Below are positions 1-11,248 of a DNA stretch of 64,000 bases, piece by piece (position 1 is the stretch's first letter; each line of letters begins with the position of its first letter). Under the pieces are notes generated by a model. The model saw only the letters and a program-made list of their open reading frames with translations, did no database searches and was not told the origin of the DNA. Where the stretch lies: NCBI RefSeq assembly GCF_006345805.1, contig NC_043007.1, positions 22,010,001-22,074,000 of the forward strand, written 5' to 3'. Made by a program: the position numbers and the translations under genes. Source of the DNA: Octopus sinensis. Its lineage: Eukaryota.

Positions 1-179
1 AACCTGAGAGACCTACACAAAGTAGATGTAGGTGATTTCAAATCGAGAGTCCCAGATGAAAATACTCCATGGCAAGAGGTGCGAATAAGGGTACCTTACT
101 TGGATTTTACCACTTCTGAGGTTCCACTCGCTATAAAACATATGTAACCCAGGCTTTTCCTACTCCATTCCATAACTCT

Positions 180-212
<33 letters not shown>

Positions 213-281
213 CCAGATCGCCATGTTGATTCGCTAGCTTCTGCACGCATTTTTTTTCTCCCCTTGTTTCTTTTCTGTGTA

Positions 282-319
282 TCTTTCTGTTGAAGAGCGT
301 AGGCTCGAAACGTAAAAGA
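282..319 (+). ncRNA. Minimal type-I hammerhead-like motif (Penelope-type; core variant CUGUUGA)
   Basis: UCUUU-CUGUUGA-A-GAGC-GUAG-GCUC-GAAAC-GUA-AAAGA: perfect stems I and II, palindromic ACGU stem III. A6 of the core is replaced by U. Confidence 0.5.
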
Positions 320-477
320 CTTGTTTTATTTATATTCCTGAGCGCCATACTAATACAATTGTTTGTTTGTATTCCACCTGCCTTCCTCTTTTGTTTATTT
401 TCATAAAGCTTCCCGTTATATATATATATAAAAGTACAAAGTGAGATAGGGGTTATGAGTGTTCTCCATTTTCTTAT

Positions 478-518
<41 letters not shown>

Positions 519-841
519 TTACATACAGACATGTATAAGATGGGCTTCTATTTTAAAAATATGTTAATACAAATAAGCAGTTTATAAATGCATTTTTCAT
601 CATCGTTATTATTATTATTATTATTGCCCTAAAGATATTAGTAATTAATAATATTTATATTATTGTGATCAAACTGAACCGGACACGTTTCCAGATAAGA
701 TTTGTATTGAGGTGATCGTAATAGTATTGGTAGTGGCGATGTCAGTGGTGGCAGCAGTGTTTGTAGTGGCAGTGGTGGTGATATTGAAGACCTGCCAGTG
801 TTGACAAACTTAAGTGCCAGTAGAGCTGTGTGTGTATGTAT

Positions 842-888
<47 letters not shown>

Positions 889-891
<3 letters not shown>

Positions 892-1260
892 CTCTTTTAC
901 TTGTTTCAGTCATTTGACTGCAGTCATGCTGGAGCACCGCCTTTAGTTGAGGAAATCGGCCCCCAGGACTTATTCTTTGTAAGCCTAGTACTTATTCTAT
1001 CAGTCTCTTTCGCCGAACCGCTAAGTTGTCAAGCGATGTTGGGGGGGACAAACACAGACACACAAACACACACACATACATATATATATATATACATATA
1101 TACGACGGGCTTCTTTCAGTTTCCATCTACCAAATCCACTCACAAGGCTTTGGTCAGCCCAAGGCTATAGTAGAAGACACTTGCCCAAAGTGCCATACAG
1201 TGGGACTGAACCCGGAACTATGTGGTTGGTAAGCAAGCTACTTACCACACAGCCACTCCT
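889..1260 (-). mobile_element. tRNA-derived SINE, family A (head GGCGCAGGAGTGGCTGTGTGG). Other copies at about 5204-5585, 16780-17120, 17820-18180, 22495-22870, 28445-28832, 35955-36362, 45832-46220, 48865-49080, 49790-50170
   Basis: A-box-like TGGCTGTGTGG and B-box-like GGTTCAGTCC, internal (TA/CA)n, recurrent near-identical body. Confidence 0.85.
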
Positions 1261-2270
1261 GTATGTCACCTACACTTTATATATATATGTATATATATAA
1301 AGTGTAGGTGGCATACGAGTGGGTATATATTTATAAAAAAGAAGTTTGAAAACGCCACTATATAAGATAAATTTTCATTTCCTGAGAGATTTCACATGTT
1401 TCGGTTGTTCTTGAAAAAAACGAACCTTATCAAAAATACTTTTAAAAGTTAAGTGTAATAAAAAAGTTCATAGTTGTTTCTTACTAGCCTCAGAGTCCAC
1501 CTGGTGGTGTTTTGTGTGTGGGAGCATATTGGCAGTCTTGTGTATATATATATATATATATATAATTATATGTATTGAAAGATACAGAAAAGGAAATGAT
1601 TTTATTCTCAACTGCAGAATTATGCTAATAATATAGCATGAACAGGATATGTGTGTGTGTGTGTGTGCGTGTACATTGAAGAAATTGGGGTTCATCTAAT
1701 ATGTCCTTGCATCTTTTATACAGAGGAAAACCGTATTTATTTATTAATGTCATGTTTGAGGAATTACCAAATGTTTTCTGGTCACATGGCATTTTGTTCC
1801 CTAGGAGGATAATGCTTAAAAATATACTCCATGCTTACTACGGATTATCAAAGCAATGCTGGCTAAAAAAAGGTTTTGATTAGTCTCGTTTTCCCGTTTA
1901 CTAATTATTTTTTCCATTATGTTTATTTATTTATTTTTTTTCATATGTGACACGCAACAAGAGATAAGCTTTATCATTTCAAGTGATCGGTCTTATATTT
2001 TGATCATATTTTTATTTTTATGTCTAGCCAAAGAAATGCACTTGAGGGGATTAGAACAGCAGAGGAAGAGCCTTGAGTTTAGTTTTCCTTAATTCTATTG
2101 CATATTGTTTTAGGTATGTCACTGAACCTTTCTTTGGTTCCAATCTCCAAGCAACAGAAGAGGAAAATAATCCCTTCCAATTTTGTTACAGTCAGAGATT
2201 TAAGGAAAGGGGGAAAATGAATACATTGACCCCACCACTGCTTGACCGTAGCTTATTTTATTGACTCCTA

Positions 2271-3652
2271 AAGGCAAAGTCAGCCATGAGAGGCAAAGTC
2301 AACCATGAGAGGCAAAGTCAACCTTGAAAGGCAAAGTCAACCACGAGAGGCAGGCAAAGTCAGCCATGAGAGGCAAAGTCAACCATGAAAGGCAAAGTCA
2401 ACCCTGAAAAGCAAAGTCAACCATGAGAGGCAAAGTCAACCATAAAAGGCAAAGTCAACCCTGAAAGGCAAAGTCAACCATGAGAGGCAAAGTCAACCCT
2501 GAAAGGCAAAGTCAGCCATGAGAGACAAAGTCACCCTGAAAGGCAAAGTCAACCATGAGAGGCAAAGTCAACCCTGAAAGGCAAAGTCAACCATGAGAGA
2601 CAAAGTCACCCTGAAAGGCAAAGTCAACCATGAGAGGCAAAGTCAACCCTGAAAGGCAAAGTCAACCATGAGAGACAAAGTCACCCTGAAAGGCAAAGTC
2701 AACCATGAGAGGCAAAGTCAACCTTGAAAGGCAAAGTCAACCACAAGAGGCAGGCAAAGTCAGCCATGAGAGGCAAAGTCAACCATGAAAGGCAAAGTCA
2801 ACCCTGAAAAGCAAAGTCAACCATGAGAGGCAAAGTCAACCATAAAAGGCAAAGTCAACCCTGAAAGGCAAAGTCAACCATGAGAGGCAAAGTCAACCCT
2901 GAAAGGCAAAGTCAGCCATGAGAGGCAAAGTCAACCCTGAAGGCAAAGTCACCATGAGAGGCAAAGTCACCCTGAAAGGCAAAGTCAGCCATGAGAGACA
3001 AAGTCACCCTGAAAGGCAAAGTCAACCATGAGAGGCAAAGTCAACCCTGAAAGGCAAAGTCAACCATGAGAGACAAAGTCACCCTGAAAGGCAAAGTCAA
3101 CCATGAGAGGCAAAGTCAACCCTGAAAGGCAAAGTCAACCATGAGAGACAAAGTCACCCTGAAAGGCAAAGTCAACCATGAGAGGCAAAGTCAACCTTGA
3201 AAGGCAAAGTCAACCACAAGAGGCAGGCAAAGTCAGCCATGAGAGGCAAAGTCAACCATGAAAGGCAAAGTCAACCCTGAAAAGCAAAGTCAACCATGAG
3301 AGGCAAAGTCAACCATAAAAGGCAAAGTCAACCTGAAAGGCAAAGTCAACCATGAGAGGCAAAGTCACCCTGAAAGGCAAAGTCAGCCATGAGAGGCAAA
3401 GTCAACCCTGAAAGGCAAAGTCAACCATGAGAGGCAAAGTCAACCCTGAAAGGCAAGTCAACCATGAGAGACAAAGTCACCCTGAAGGCAAAGTCAACAT
3501 GAGAGGCAAAGTCAACCCTGAAAGGCAAAGTCAACCATGAGAGACAAAGTCACCTGAAAGGCAAAGTCACCATGAGAGGCAAGTCAACCCTGAAAGGCAA
3601 AGTCAACCATGAGAGGCAAAGTCAACCATGAAAGGCGAAGTCAACCATGAAA
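2271..3652 (+). repeat. 19-bp minisatellite array (about 72 units; alternating GGCAAAGTCAACCATGAGA / GGCAAAGTCAACCCTGAAA)
   Basis: Read directly from the sequence; a gaggCAGGcaaag variant recurs at 2351, 2751 and 3224. Confidence 0.97.
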
Positions 3653-3831
3653 TCAGAACAATGTGGTTGGTAAGCAAGTTACTTACCACACGGCCACTCC
3701 AACATCACCCTAGAATTATTTAATAAATTAACTATTCTCTAATACTTCTAGAGGAGAAAATAACTAAGTGCATATGTATACTCACATGCACAAACCATTT
3801 TTTTGTGGGGGTGGGTAATTCTGATCATATA

Positions 3832-4402
3832 GGAGCACTCCATCAGTTACGACAACGAGGGTCCCAGTTGATCCGCTCAACGGAACAGCCTGCTCGTGAA
3901 ATTAACGAGAAACGACCGAGCAATCTACAGACACGTGTACCCTTTATGTAGTTCTCAGGGAGACTCAGTATGACACAGAATGTGACAAGGCCAGTCCTTT
4001 GAATTACAAGTACAACTCATTTTTGCCAGCTGAGTGGACTGAAGCAAGGTGAAGTAAAGTGTCTTACTCAAGGACACGACATGCCACTGGGAATCGAACT
4101 CACAACCATACAATCGTGAACCGAATTCTGATTATATACTATACATTTAAACAACATTATCCAGTGGTGCACTGTGTTCTTGAGCAAGACTCTTTATTTC
4201 ACGTTGCTCCTGTCCACTCAGCTGGCAAAAATGACTAGTACCAGTAATTCAAAGGGCCAGTTTCGTCACATTCTGTGTCATGCTGAATCTCCCAGAGAAC
4301 TACATTAAGGGTATGCACATCTGTGGAATACTCAGCCACTTGCATGTTAATTTCACAAGCAGGCTTTTCTGTTGATCGGATCAATTGGAACGCTTCACCT
4401 CA
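3832..4402. mobile_element. Two SINE copies in inverted (head-to-head) orientation
   Basis: About 3832-4120 is the reverse complement of about 4160-4402; the same tail is seen at 6400-6520. Confidence 0.75.
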
Positions 4403-4609
4403 TAACTGATGGAGTGCTCGTTAAAAAAAAAAATATTAAAATTTTTTAAAAATCAACATAACCGTTATTCACTGTCAACATGGCGGTAACCTTCATTATC
4501 AGAACCACAACAAAACCTTCACCAACATTATCACCACCAGAACTCAGATCAGTACAAACCTTATCAAAAAAAACGTGTCTGTTTCTATTTATTTACAATA
4601 AAAATGATG

Positions 4610-4618
4610 ATGATGATG

Positions 4619-4684
<66 letters not shown>

Positions 4685-4730
4685 GTGATAATAATCATGA
4701 TAATGATACTGATAATGTTGATAATAATAA
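4610..4730 (+). repeat. (GAT)n-(AAT)n microsatellite
   Basis: More than 20 AAT units read directly. Confidence 0.95.
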
Positions 4731-6189
4731 TAAAAAATTTATATTATTTATGTTTTGGAAACTGAAATGGGGGGAAAAAAAAAAATCCCCAAGCTTGAGT
4801 TTCTCGTACTGTTGATAAATTATCTGATTGAAATTAGTTCATTTGTTTTTTTAATTTATGTTACAGAAATTGATTGGACAAAAAAAATTATGATGTAACA
4901 CATGTAACATGTGTTGTTGGTATTTACTGGAGAGAGGCATGGCTTTGTGGATAAGCGGCTCACTTTGCAACCACATGGTCTCAGGTTCAGTCCCACTGCG
5001 TAGAATTTTGGGGAAAGTGTTTTCTTATAGAGTTACATTAAAGAGAGAGACTGTTGTACAAAAAAGTTCCAAATATTTGTTTATAGAATTTTGCAGCTAC
5101 ATACTCATTCTTTCAAGAACATTAAATCAGGAAATAATATCAGTTTCGAATTTTGGCACAAGACCAGAAATTTCGATAGAGTGAGCAAGAAGATTACATC
5201 ATAGGTGCAGGAGTGGCTGTGTGGTAAGTAGCTTGCTTACCAACCACATGGTTCTGGGTTCAGTCCCACTGCGTGGCACCTTGGGCAAGTGTCTTCTACT
5301 ATAGACTCGGGCCAACCAAAGCCTTGTGAGTGGATTTGGTAGACGGAAACTGAAAGAAGCCTGTCGTATATATGTATATATATGCATATGTTTGTGTCTG
5401 TGTTTGTCCCATCAACATCGCTTGACAACCAATGCTGATTTGTTTATGTCCCTGTAACTTAGTGGTTCAGCAAAAGAGACCAATAGAATAAGTACTAGGC
5501 TTACAAAGAATAAGTCCCGGGGTCGATTTGCTCAACTAAAGGCAGTGCTCCAGCATGGCCACAGTCAAATGACTGAAACCAGTAAAAAAATGTTTTTGGT
5601 TGTTTACGTCCCTGTAACTTAGTGGTTTGGCAAAAAGAGACCGATACAATAAGTACTAGGCTTACAAAGAATAAGTCCTGGGGTCGATTTGCTCGACTAA
5701 AGGCGGTGCTTCAGCATGGCCACAGTCAAATGACTGAAACAAGTAAAAGAGTAATTGTTTGTTTACGTCCCCGTAACTTAGCGGTTTGGCAAAAGAGACC
5801 GATAGAATAAGTACCATGCTTACAAAGAATAAGTCCTGGGGTCTATTTGTTCAACTAAAGGCGGTGCTCCAGCATGGCCACAGTCAAATGAGACCGATAG
5901 AATAAGTACTAGGCTTACAAAGAATGAGTCCTGGGGTCGATTTGCTCGACTAAAGGCAGTGCTCCAGCATGGCCACAGTGAAATGACTGAAACAGGTAAA
6001 AGCGTGATTGTAACAGTTTTTGACGAATGAGATAATTTCTTTTCATACAAAATCTTGGAGTTATTTTAAATTAGTAATTTTTTTTTATTTTCATATACCC
6101 ACCAACCCTACACTTCACAAAGAAACTCTAATTTAATCATGAAAATTTATTAATTATTCAAGTAAATTTATGCATTTATACGCTTGAGA

Positions 6190-6536
6190 GTGGAGGCGCA
6201 ATGGCCCAGTGGTTAGGGCAGTGGACTCGCGGTTTCGATTCCCAGACCGGGCGTTGTGAGTGTTTATTGAGCGAAAACACCTAAAAGCTCTACGAGGCTC
6301 CGGCAGGGGGTGGTGGTGATCCCTGCTGTACTCTTTCACCACAACTTCCTCTCACTCTTACTTCCTGTTTCTGTTGTACCTGTATTTCAAGGGGCCGGCC
6401 TTGTCACTCTCTGTGTCACGCTGAATATCCCCGAGAACTACGTTAAGGGTACACGTGTCTGTGGAGTGCTCAGCCACTTTCACGTTAATTTCACGAACCC
6501 TCGTCGTCGTAACCGATGGAGCGCTTCTTCTCCTTC
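6190..6536 (+). mobile_element. Complete composite tRNA SINE (family C head) with 13-bp TSD TATACGCTTGAGA and (CTT)n tail. Related heads at about 26092, 29250 (-), 43665 (-), 46560
   Basis: TSD at 6177-6189 and 6537-6549; A box TGGCCCAGTGG, B box GTTTCGATTCC. Confidence 0.85.
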
Positions 6537-7199
6537 TATACGCTTGAGAAACTTGTACCAATTGTTTCCTACTCACATGGCATTTTGTTTTGTAAATAGG
6601 ATAATGCTTAAAAATACTACAAGCTTACTACAGATCAGTGAAGGTTATTCGATTAAATTTCACATTTTTTCATTATCAGTTTTATTTATTTATCTTTTTT
6701 TTTACGGCACGCCATTTGAGATAAAGCTTCAAGCAAAAACTCTTATCTTTTAAATATCATCATCATCATCGTTTAACGTCCACTTTCCATGCTAGCATGG
6801 GTTGGACGGTTCAACTGGGGTCTGGGAAGCCCGAAGGCTGCACCAGGCCCAGTCAGATCTGGCAGTGTTTCTACAGCTGGATGCCCTTCCTAACACCAAC
6901 CACTCCGGGAGTGTAGTGGGTGCTTTTTATGTGCCACCGACACAGGTGCCAGACGAGGCTGGCGAACGGCCACGACCGGATGGTGCATTTTATGTGCCAC
7001 TGTCACGGAGTCCACGCGAGGTTGGCACGGCCACGATCGGATGGTGTTTGTTACGTGCCACCAGCACGGAGGCCAGTCGATGCGGTGCTGGCTACGGCCA
7101 CGTTCGAATGGTTCTCTTATGTGCCACAAACTACAAATTCCATTGATGTTGATCGATTTCAATTATAATTCATTTTTTTTTAATGCTGGATCTCAGAGC

Positions 7200-7745
7200 A
7201 TGTAAATCTATACAAATTTGCATCACCGGTCTGGAACCCCTATCTTGCCCAGGATATTAATCGTCTGGAAACCGTTCAGCGACGGGCAACCAAGAGAATA
7301 CCCTCCATCAGGCATTTGCCATATTCTGAACGCCTTACTTCCCTATGCATGGATACATTGAAACTCCGACGTCTGGCAGCTGACTTGGCAGACACCCATA
7401 AAATTATTAACCATCACTTACCAAGTCCTTTGTGAGCCGCTCTCCAGCTATCTATCTGAGGCTTTATATAGCTATGGTGTGGCCTCATCTGGAATTTGCA
7501 TCACCAGTCTGGAACCCCTATCTTGCCAGGATATTAATCGTCTAGAAAGCGCTCAGCGATGTACAACCAAGAGAATACCCTCCATCAGGCATTTGCCATA
7601 TTCTGAACGCCTTACTCCCCTATGCATGGATACATTGAAACTCCGACGTCTGGCAGCTGACTTGGCAGACACCCATAAAATTATTAAGCATCATACTAAC
7701 AATAACTCTGAGCACCTTTTCAAACTCCACCTGTCTAACACCTGT
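7200..7745 (+). pseudogene. CR1/L2-type LINE ORF2 C-terminal fragment, internally duplicated
   Basis: Translates as LYIAMVWPHLEFASP..PYLAQDINRLETVQRRATKRIP...YSERL...LKLRRL; about 7215-7410 is repeated at about 7495-7690. Confidence 0.75.
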
Positions 7746-9298
7746 TATACCATATAGAAAAAAATTAGATATACAATAAAAACATATACCAATAATTAAG
7801 TAAAGTATAAAATAATAAATAATAAGTATATATATATATATGTGTGTGTGTGTGTTTATGTATATATCTTTGTATGTGTCTGTGTTTGTCCCCCCATCAT
7901 CACTTGACAACTGGTATTGGTGTGTTTATGTCCCTGTAACTTAGGAGTTAAGCAAAAGAAACCAACAGAATGGGTAGTAGGCTCTAAAAATAAGTTCTAG
8001 GGTCAATTTGTTCAACTAAAACTCTTCAAGGCGGTGCTCCAGTATGGCCGCATTCAAACGACTAGAACAAATAAAAGAATCAAAGAAAAGTATTCAACAT
8101 TTTTTTTTGTTTAGTGGCGGGAGTTCCAAACACAACGCACACGCATTTTAGGGGTTGGGGATGGGTGTGTGTGTGGAGCGTGAAGTCCTGATTACAAACC
8201 ATAAATATCAGCATTGCTTATAATTACCAATACTACAACCGGAACCACAACCACAACAAATCACCACCACCACTATTATCCTAATCACCTCAGCTATCTC
8301 CACTACGAACCTTATCTGAAAACGTGTTCAATTTGTTTACAATAATAATAGCAACGGTAATGATGATCATGGTGATGACAGAGTTGATTATAACAACACA
8401 GGCATGTTTTATTGCCTAGGATGTGTCATTATGCCAATATTAACACACACACTGGTTCAATTCCACTCCTTTATTATTAGTCAATTTAGTTAAATATCCA
8501 ACTAACTAATTTAGTGTTTTTTATGTGCCACCTGTGCAGGAGCCAGTCCAGCGGCACTGGCAAACAACCTCGTTTGAATGCTTTTTCACGTGCCACCGGC
8601 ACAAGTGTCAGTAAGGCGACGCTGGTAAGAATCACGCTCGAATGGTGCTTTTTACGTGCCACTGGCACACATTCTCTGCAAATAAAAGAATTTATCTGAA
8701 TTTTTTTAATAAATCAGCGTGGCTGTGTGGTTTAAGAAGCTTCTCTCCCAACCACTTGGTTTCAAGTTCAGTCCCACCGCATAGCACTTTGAGTAAGTGT
8801 CAATTACTGTAGCCCCTGGCCAAGCAAAACCTTGAATAGATTTCAGACAGAAACTGAAAGGAGCCCCCTTATGTGTGTCTGCTTCTGTGTACCCTTGCCT
8901 AGGCATCATATAATAGCTGTTAATGAGCACCGTTGCCAGTTCAGTGGAAATCTGTCACCAACAATTCTTCGTTAACTGTTACCATCATCAGCATTTAATG
9001 TCTGTTTTCCATGCTGGCATGGGTTGGACAGTTTGACAGGAGCTGGCAAGCTGCACCAGGCTCCAATTGTCTGTTTCGACATGGTATCTATGGCTGGATG
9101 CCTTTCCTAATGCCAACCACTTTATGGAGTGTACTGGGTGCTTTTTACGTAGCACACAAGCACAGGTGCTCTTCTTGCAACACTGGATTGGAGAGTTTCT
9201 TATGTGACACTGGCACAAGTGCTTTATATGTGGCATCAGCTACTGTGAGCTTGCATGGCAAGGACCTCTTGGTTGAGTGAGGGGGCATGACCATAAAG

Positions 9299-9477
9299 CA
9301 GTGGTTTTCAACCAGGGTTCCGCAAGAGGTTACAAAACTGCTAAAATTAGCAGTAATTTTTAATTCTCCTGTGCAGATATGTGTGCATAAGACTATTAAA
9401 TTATTGCACAGGGGTTCCTCGAGCCAGTGGAATGTTTCCTTGGGGTTCCGCTCCAGCAAAAAGTTTGAAAAGCACTG
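9299..9477. mobile_element. hAT-type MITE
   Basis: TIR CAGTG(G/C)TTTTCAA; 8-bp TSD CCATAAAG at 9291-9298 and 9478-9485. Confidence 0.9.
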
Positions 9478-9744
9478 CCATAAAGGAAATACCTTAGAAG
9501 TGTGGATGGATGGATGGCCAGATTTACTTAGCCTGACACGTCTTTTCAAGCACAGCAAATCGGCAGAAGTCCCAGACCCTTGTCAACTCCTCAGTGAGGC
9601 CTAACTTCTGATGACCCTTTCATCCCATGTCTTCATTTGTCGATCCCTACCACAGGTTCCCTCCACTTCTACATGCAGCTATCCTCATCCATATGCATCA
9701 CATGGCCATACCAGCACAGTCTTCTCTTTTGTACACAATTGATG

Positions 9745-10490
9745 CCTCTTAAACATGTGGTCGAGCATTGTCTTGCAAGAGAATTGGCCTCTCTCTATTG
9801 ACCAATCTCAGTTGTTTAATTGCAAGTTCATTCATTATTTCATCCAATTGGTTGATGGAGGAATTACAACCGTGTTTCGTGGTCTGCTACCACAACAGTT
9901 CCTTTATAGGATCCAGTTAGCTCAAGACATCATCAGGAGGAACCACGTCCGGTTTCAGCCCCTAGTCCTCTACCGTTTTGACGTGGCGGGGCCCCCACTT
10001 TCGGAGGTGTCTTCAGCTCTGGTGTTGGGTGCATGTCTTCTTTCTTCTGTTCCCTGGCCTCTTCGATGTATCGTCAGCGAGTGTCGGCCGGTGACTGACT
10101 GTCTTGTCAAATTTTTCCCTTTAAATACCTGCCGCATAGGCTCCAGCAGGTAGCCCCAGCAAGTTGTTACATGATACTGTATCATCTTAACTGACCAGTG
10201 AAGGCGCGTAGTTTTAGCAAGTTCATTTATCATTTCATCCAATTGGTTGATGTATACATCCGTTGTAATTGACTTACCAGGTCTCATGAAGCTGTAGTGG
10301 ATGACACCAGCGCTGGACCACCAAACAGACACCATCAGCTTTATTTGGAGAATATTTTTTTTTGGATTGCGTTTTGGCCCTTTGTCTCTATCCAACCACT
10401 GTGTATCCATTTTTCATCACACATAATAATACGATGCAAAAACGGTTCGCTTTTATGCCATAACACCAAGTTTCACTCTGTCATGCATAC
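9745..10490 (-). pseudogene. Decayed mariner transposase, interrupted by an insert of about 300 bp
   Basis: FLHRIIMCDEKW (about 10410), KLMVSVWWSSAGVIHY, and NQLDE...LLQDNARPH (about 9760). Confidence 0.85.
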
Positions 10491-10631
10491 ACACTGACAT
10501 ATTACCCACCCAGCAGGTCATGCTAGCTTCATTTCTTTCAAGCTTTTGCATGTCCACAGTAATCACAGCCCATGTCTCACTGTGATACAAAAAAAATAAT
10601 AAATTAATACATTAAGTAGAATTTAGCAACA

Positions 10632-11026
10632 CTAGCTGTATAGCCCGGAGTTGCTCAGGTTTGTTTTGACCCTTTAGAATTGGAATTTTTGAAAAATAAA
10701 ATTTTGCATTATGTAGCTTGTTATTCTCTTTAAGTGAACATTTTTCTGGTTGAAATACACCGAAAAAGGACGACACAGCAGTCAAAAGATCGTAAAAAAT
10801 AGGGATTTTCATAGAAAAAAAGCACCTTTTTGATGTAAATAATTTTTGGTGTTAACATGGTCCGATTTGAATTTTTTTTCTCCTACAGAATGAAGAGCAA
10901 GCCTTCTTCAATCATACTCTCAATTTTGGTCAACTTGTGTCGCAGGGTCTCGGAGGAGATAGTGTTAGTTGAAGGCTACCAAACCTGCCATACACAGACA
11001 ACTTCAGCTTTATATATATATAGAGA
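10632..11026 (-). mobile_element. Non-autonomous Helitron (5'-TC...hairpin-CTAG-3'); truncated copy at 54607-54826
   Basis: The minus strand starts a|TCTCTATATATA and ends in a GC-rich hairpin-like segment + CTAG|t. Confidence 0.8.
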
Positions 11027-11130
11027 TTAGTCAAATGACTTCCGTTTTAATTAAAAAAAAAACCCCACAAAATTCTGAATAATCATTGTTTATGTATATT
11101 TATGTTCTATATATACAAATTTATAAAATG

Positions 11131-11248
11131 TTAAGTAGCTTTCTCAACCGCTGAGGGTTTTTTTTCTGGCATAATTTTACTGAGTATTTCATAGCAATAT
11201 TCTTCTTCGAAGAGTGGAGTTTGTGGCGAGATTTCATCAACATTGTAT
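11131..11248 (-). CDS. NAA40: NAA40 exon 9 (YNVDEISP...YCYEILSK...EKAT*)
   Basis: cttttacag acceptor, TAA stop; corresponds to the 3' part of track ORF 11131..11316. Confidence 0.93.

Noticed and set aside
1-147. 48-codon open frame NLRDLHKVDVG...PLAIKHM* at the window edge
   Set aside because: It looks protein-like but is truncated by the window, has no recognisable motif and no supporting exons
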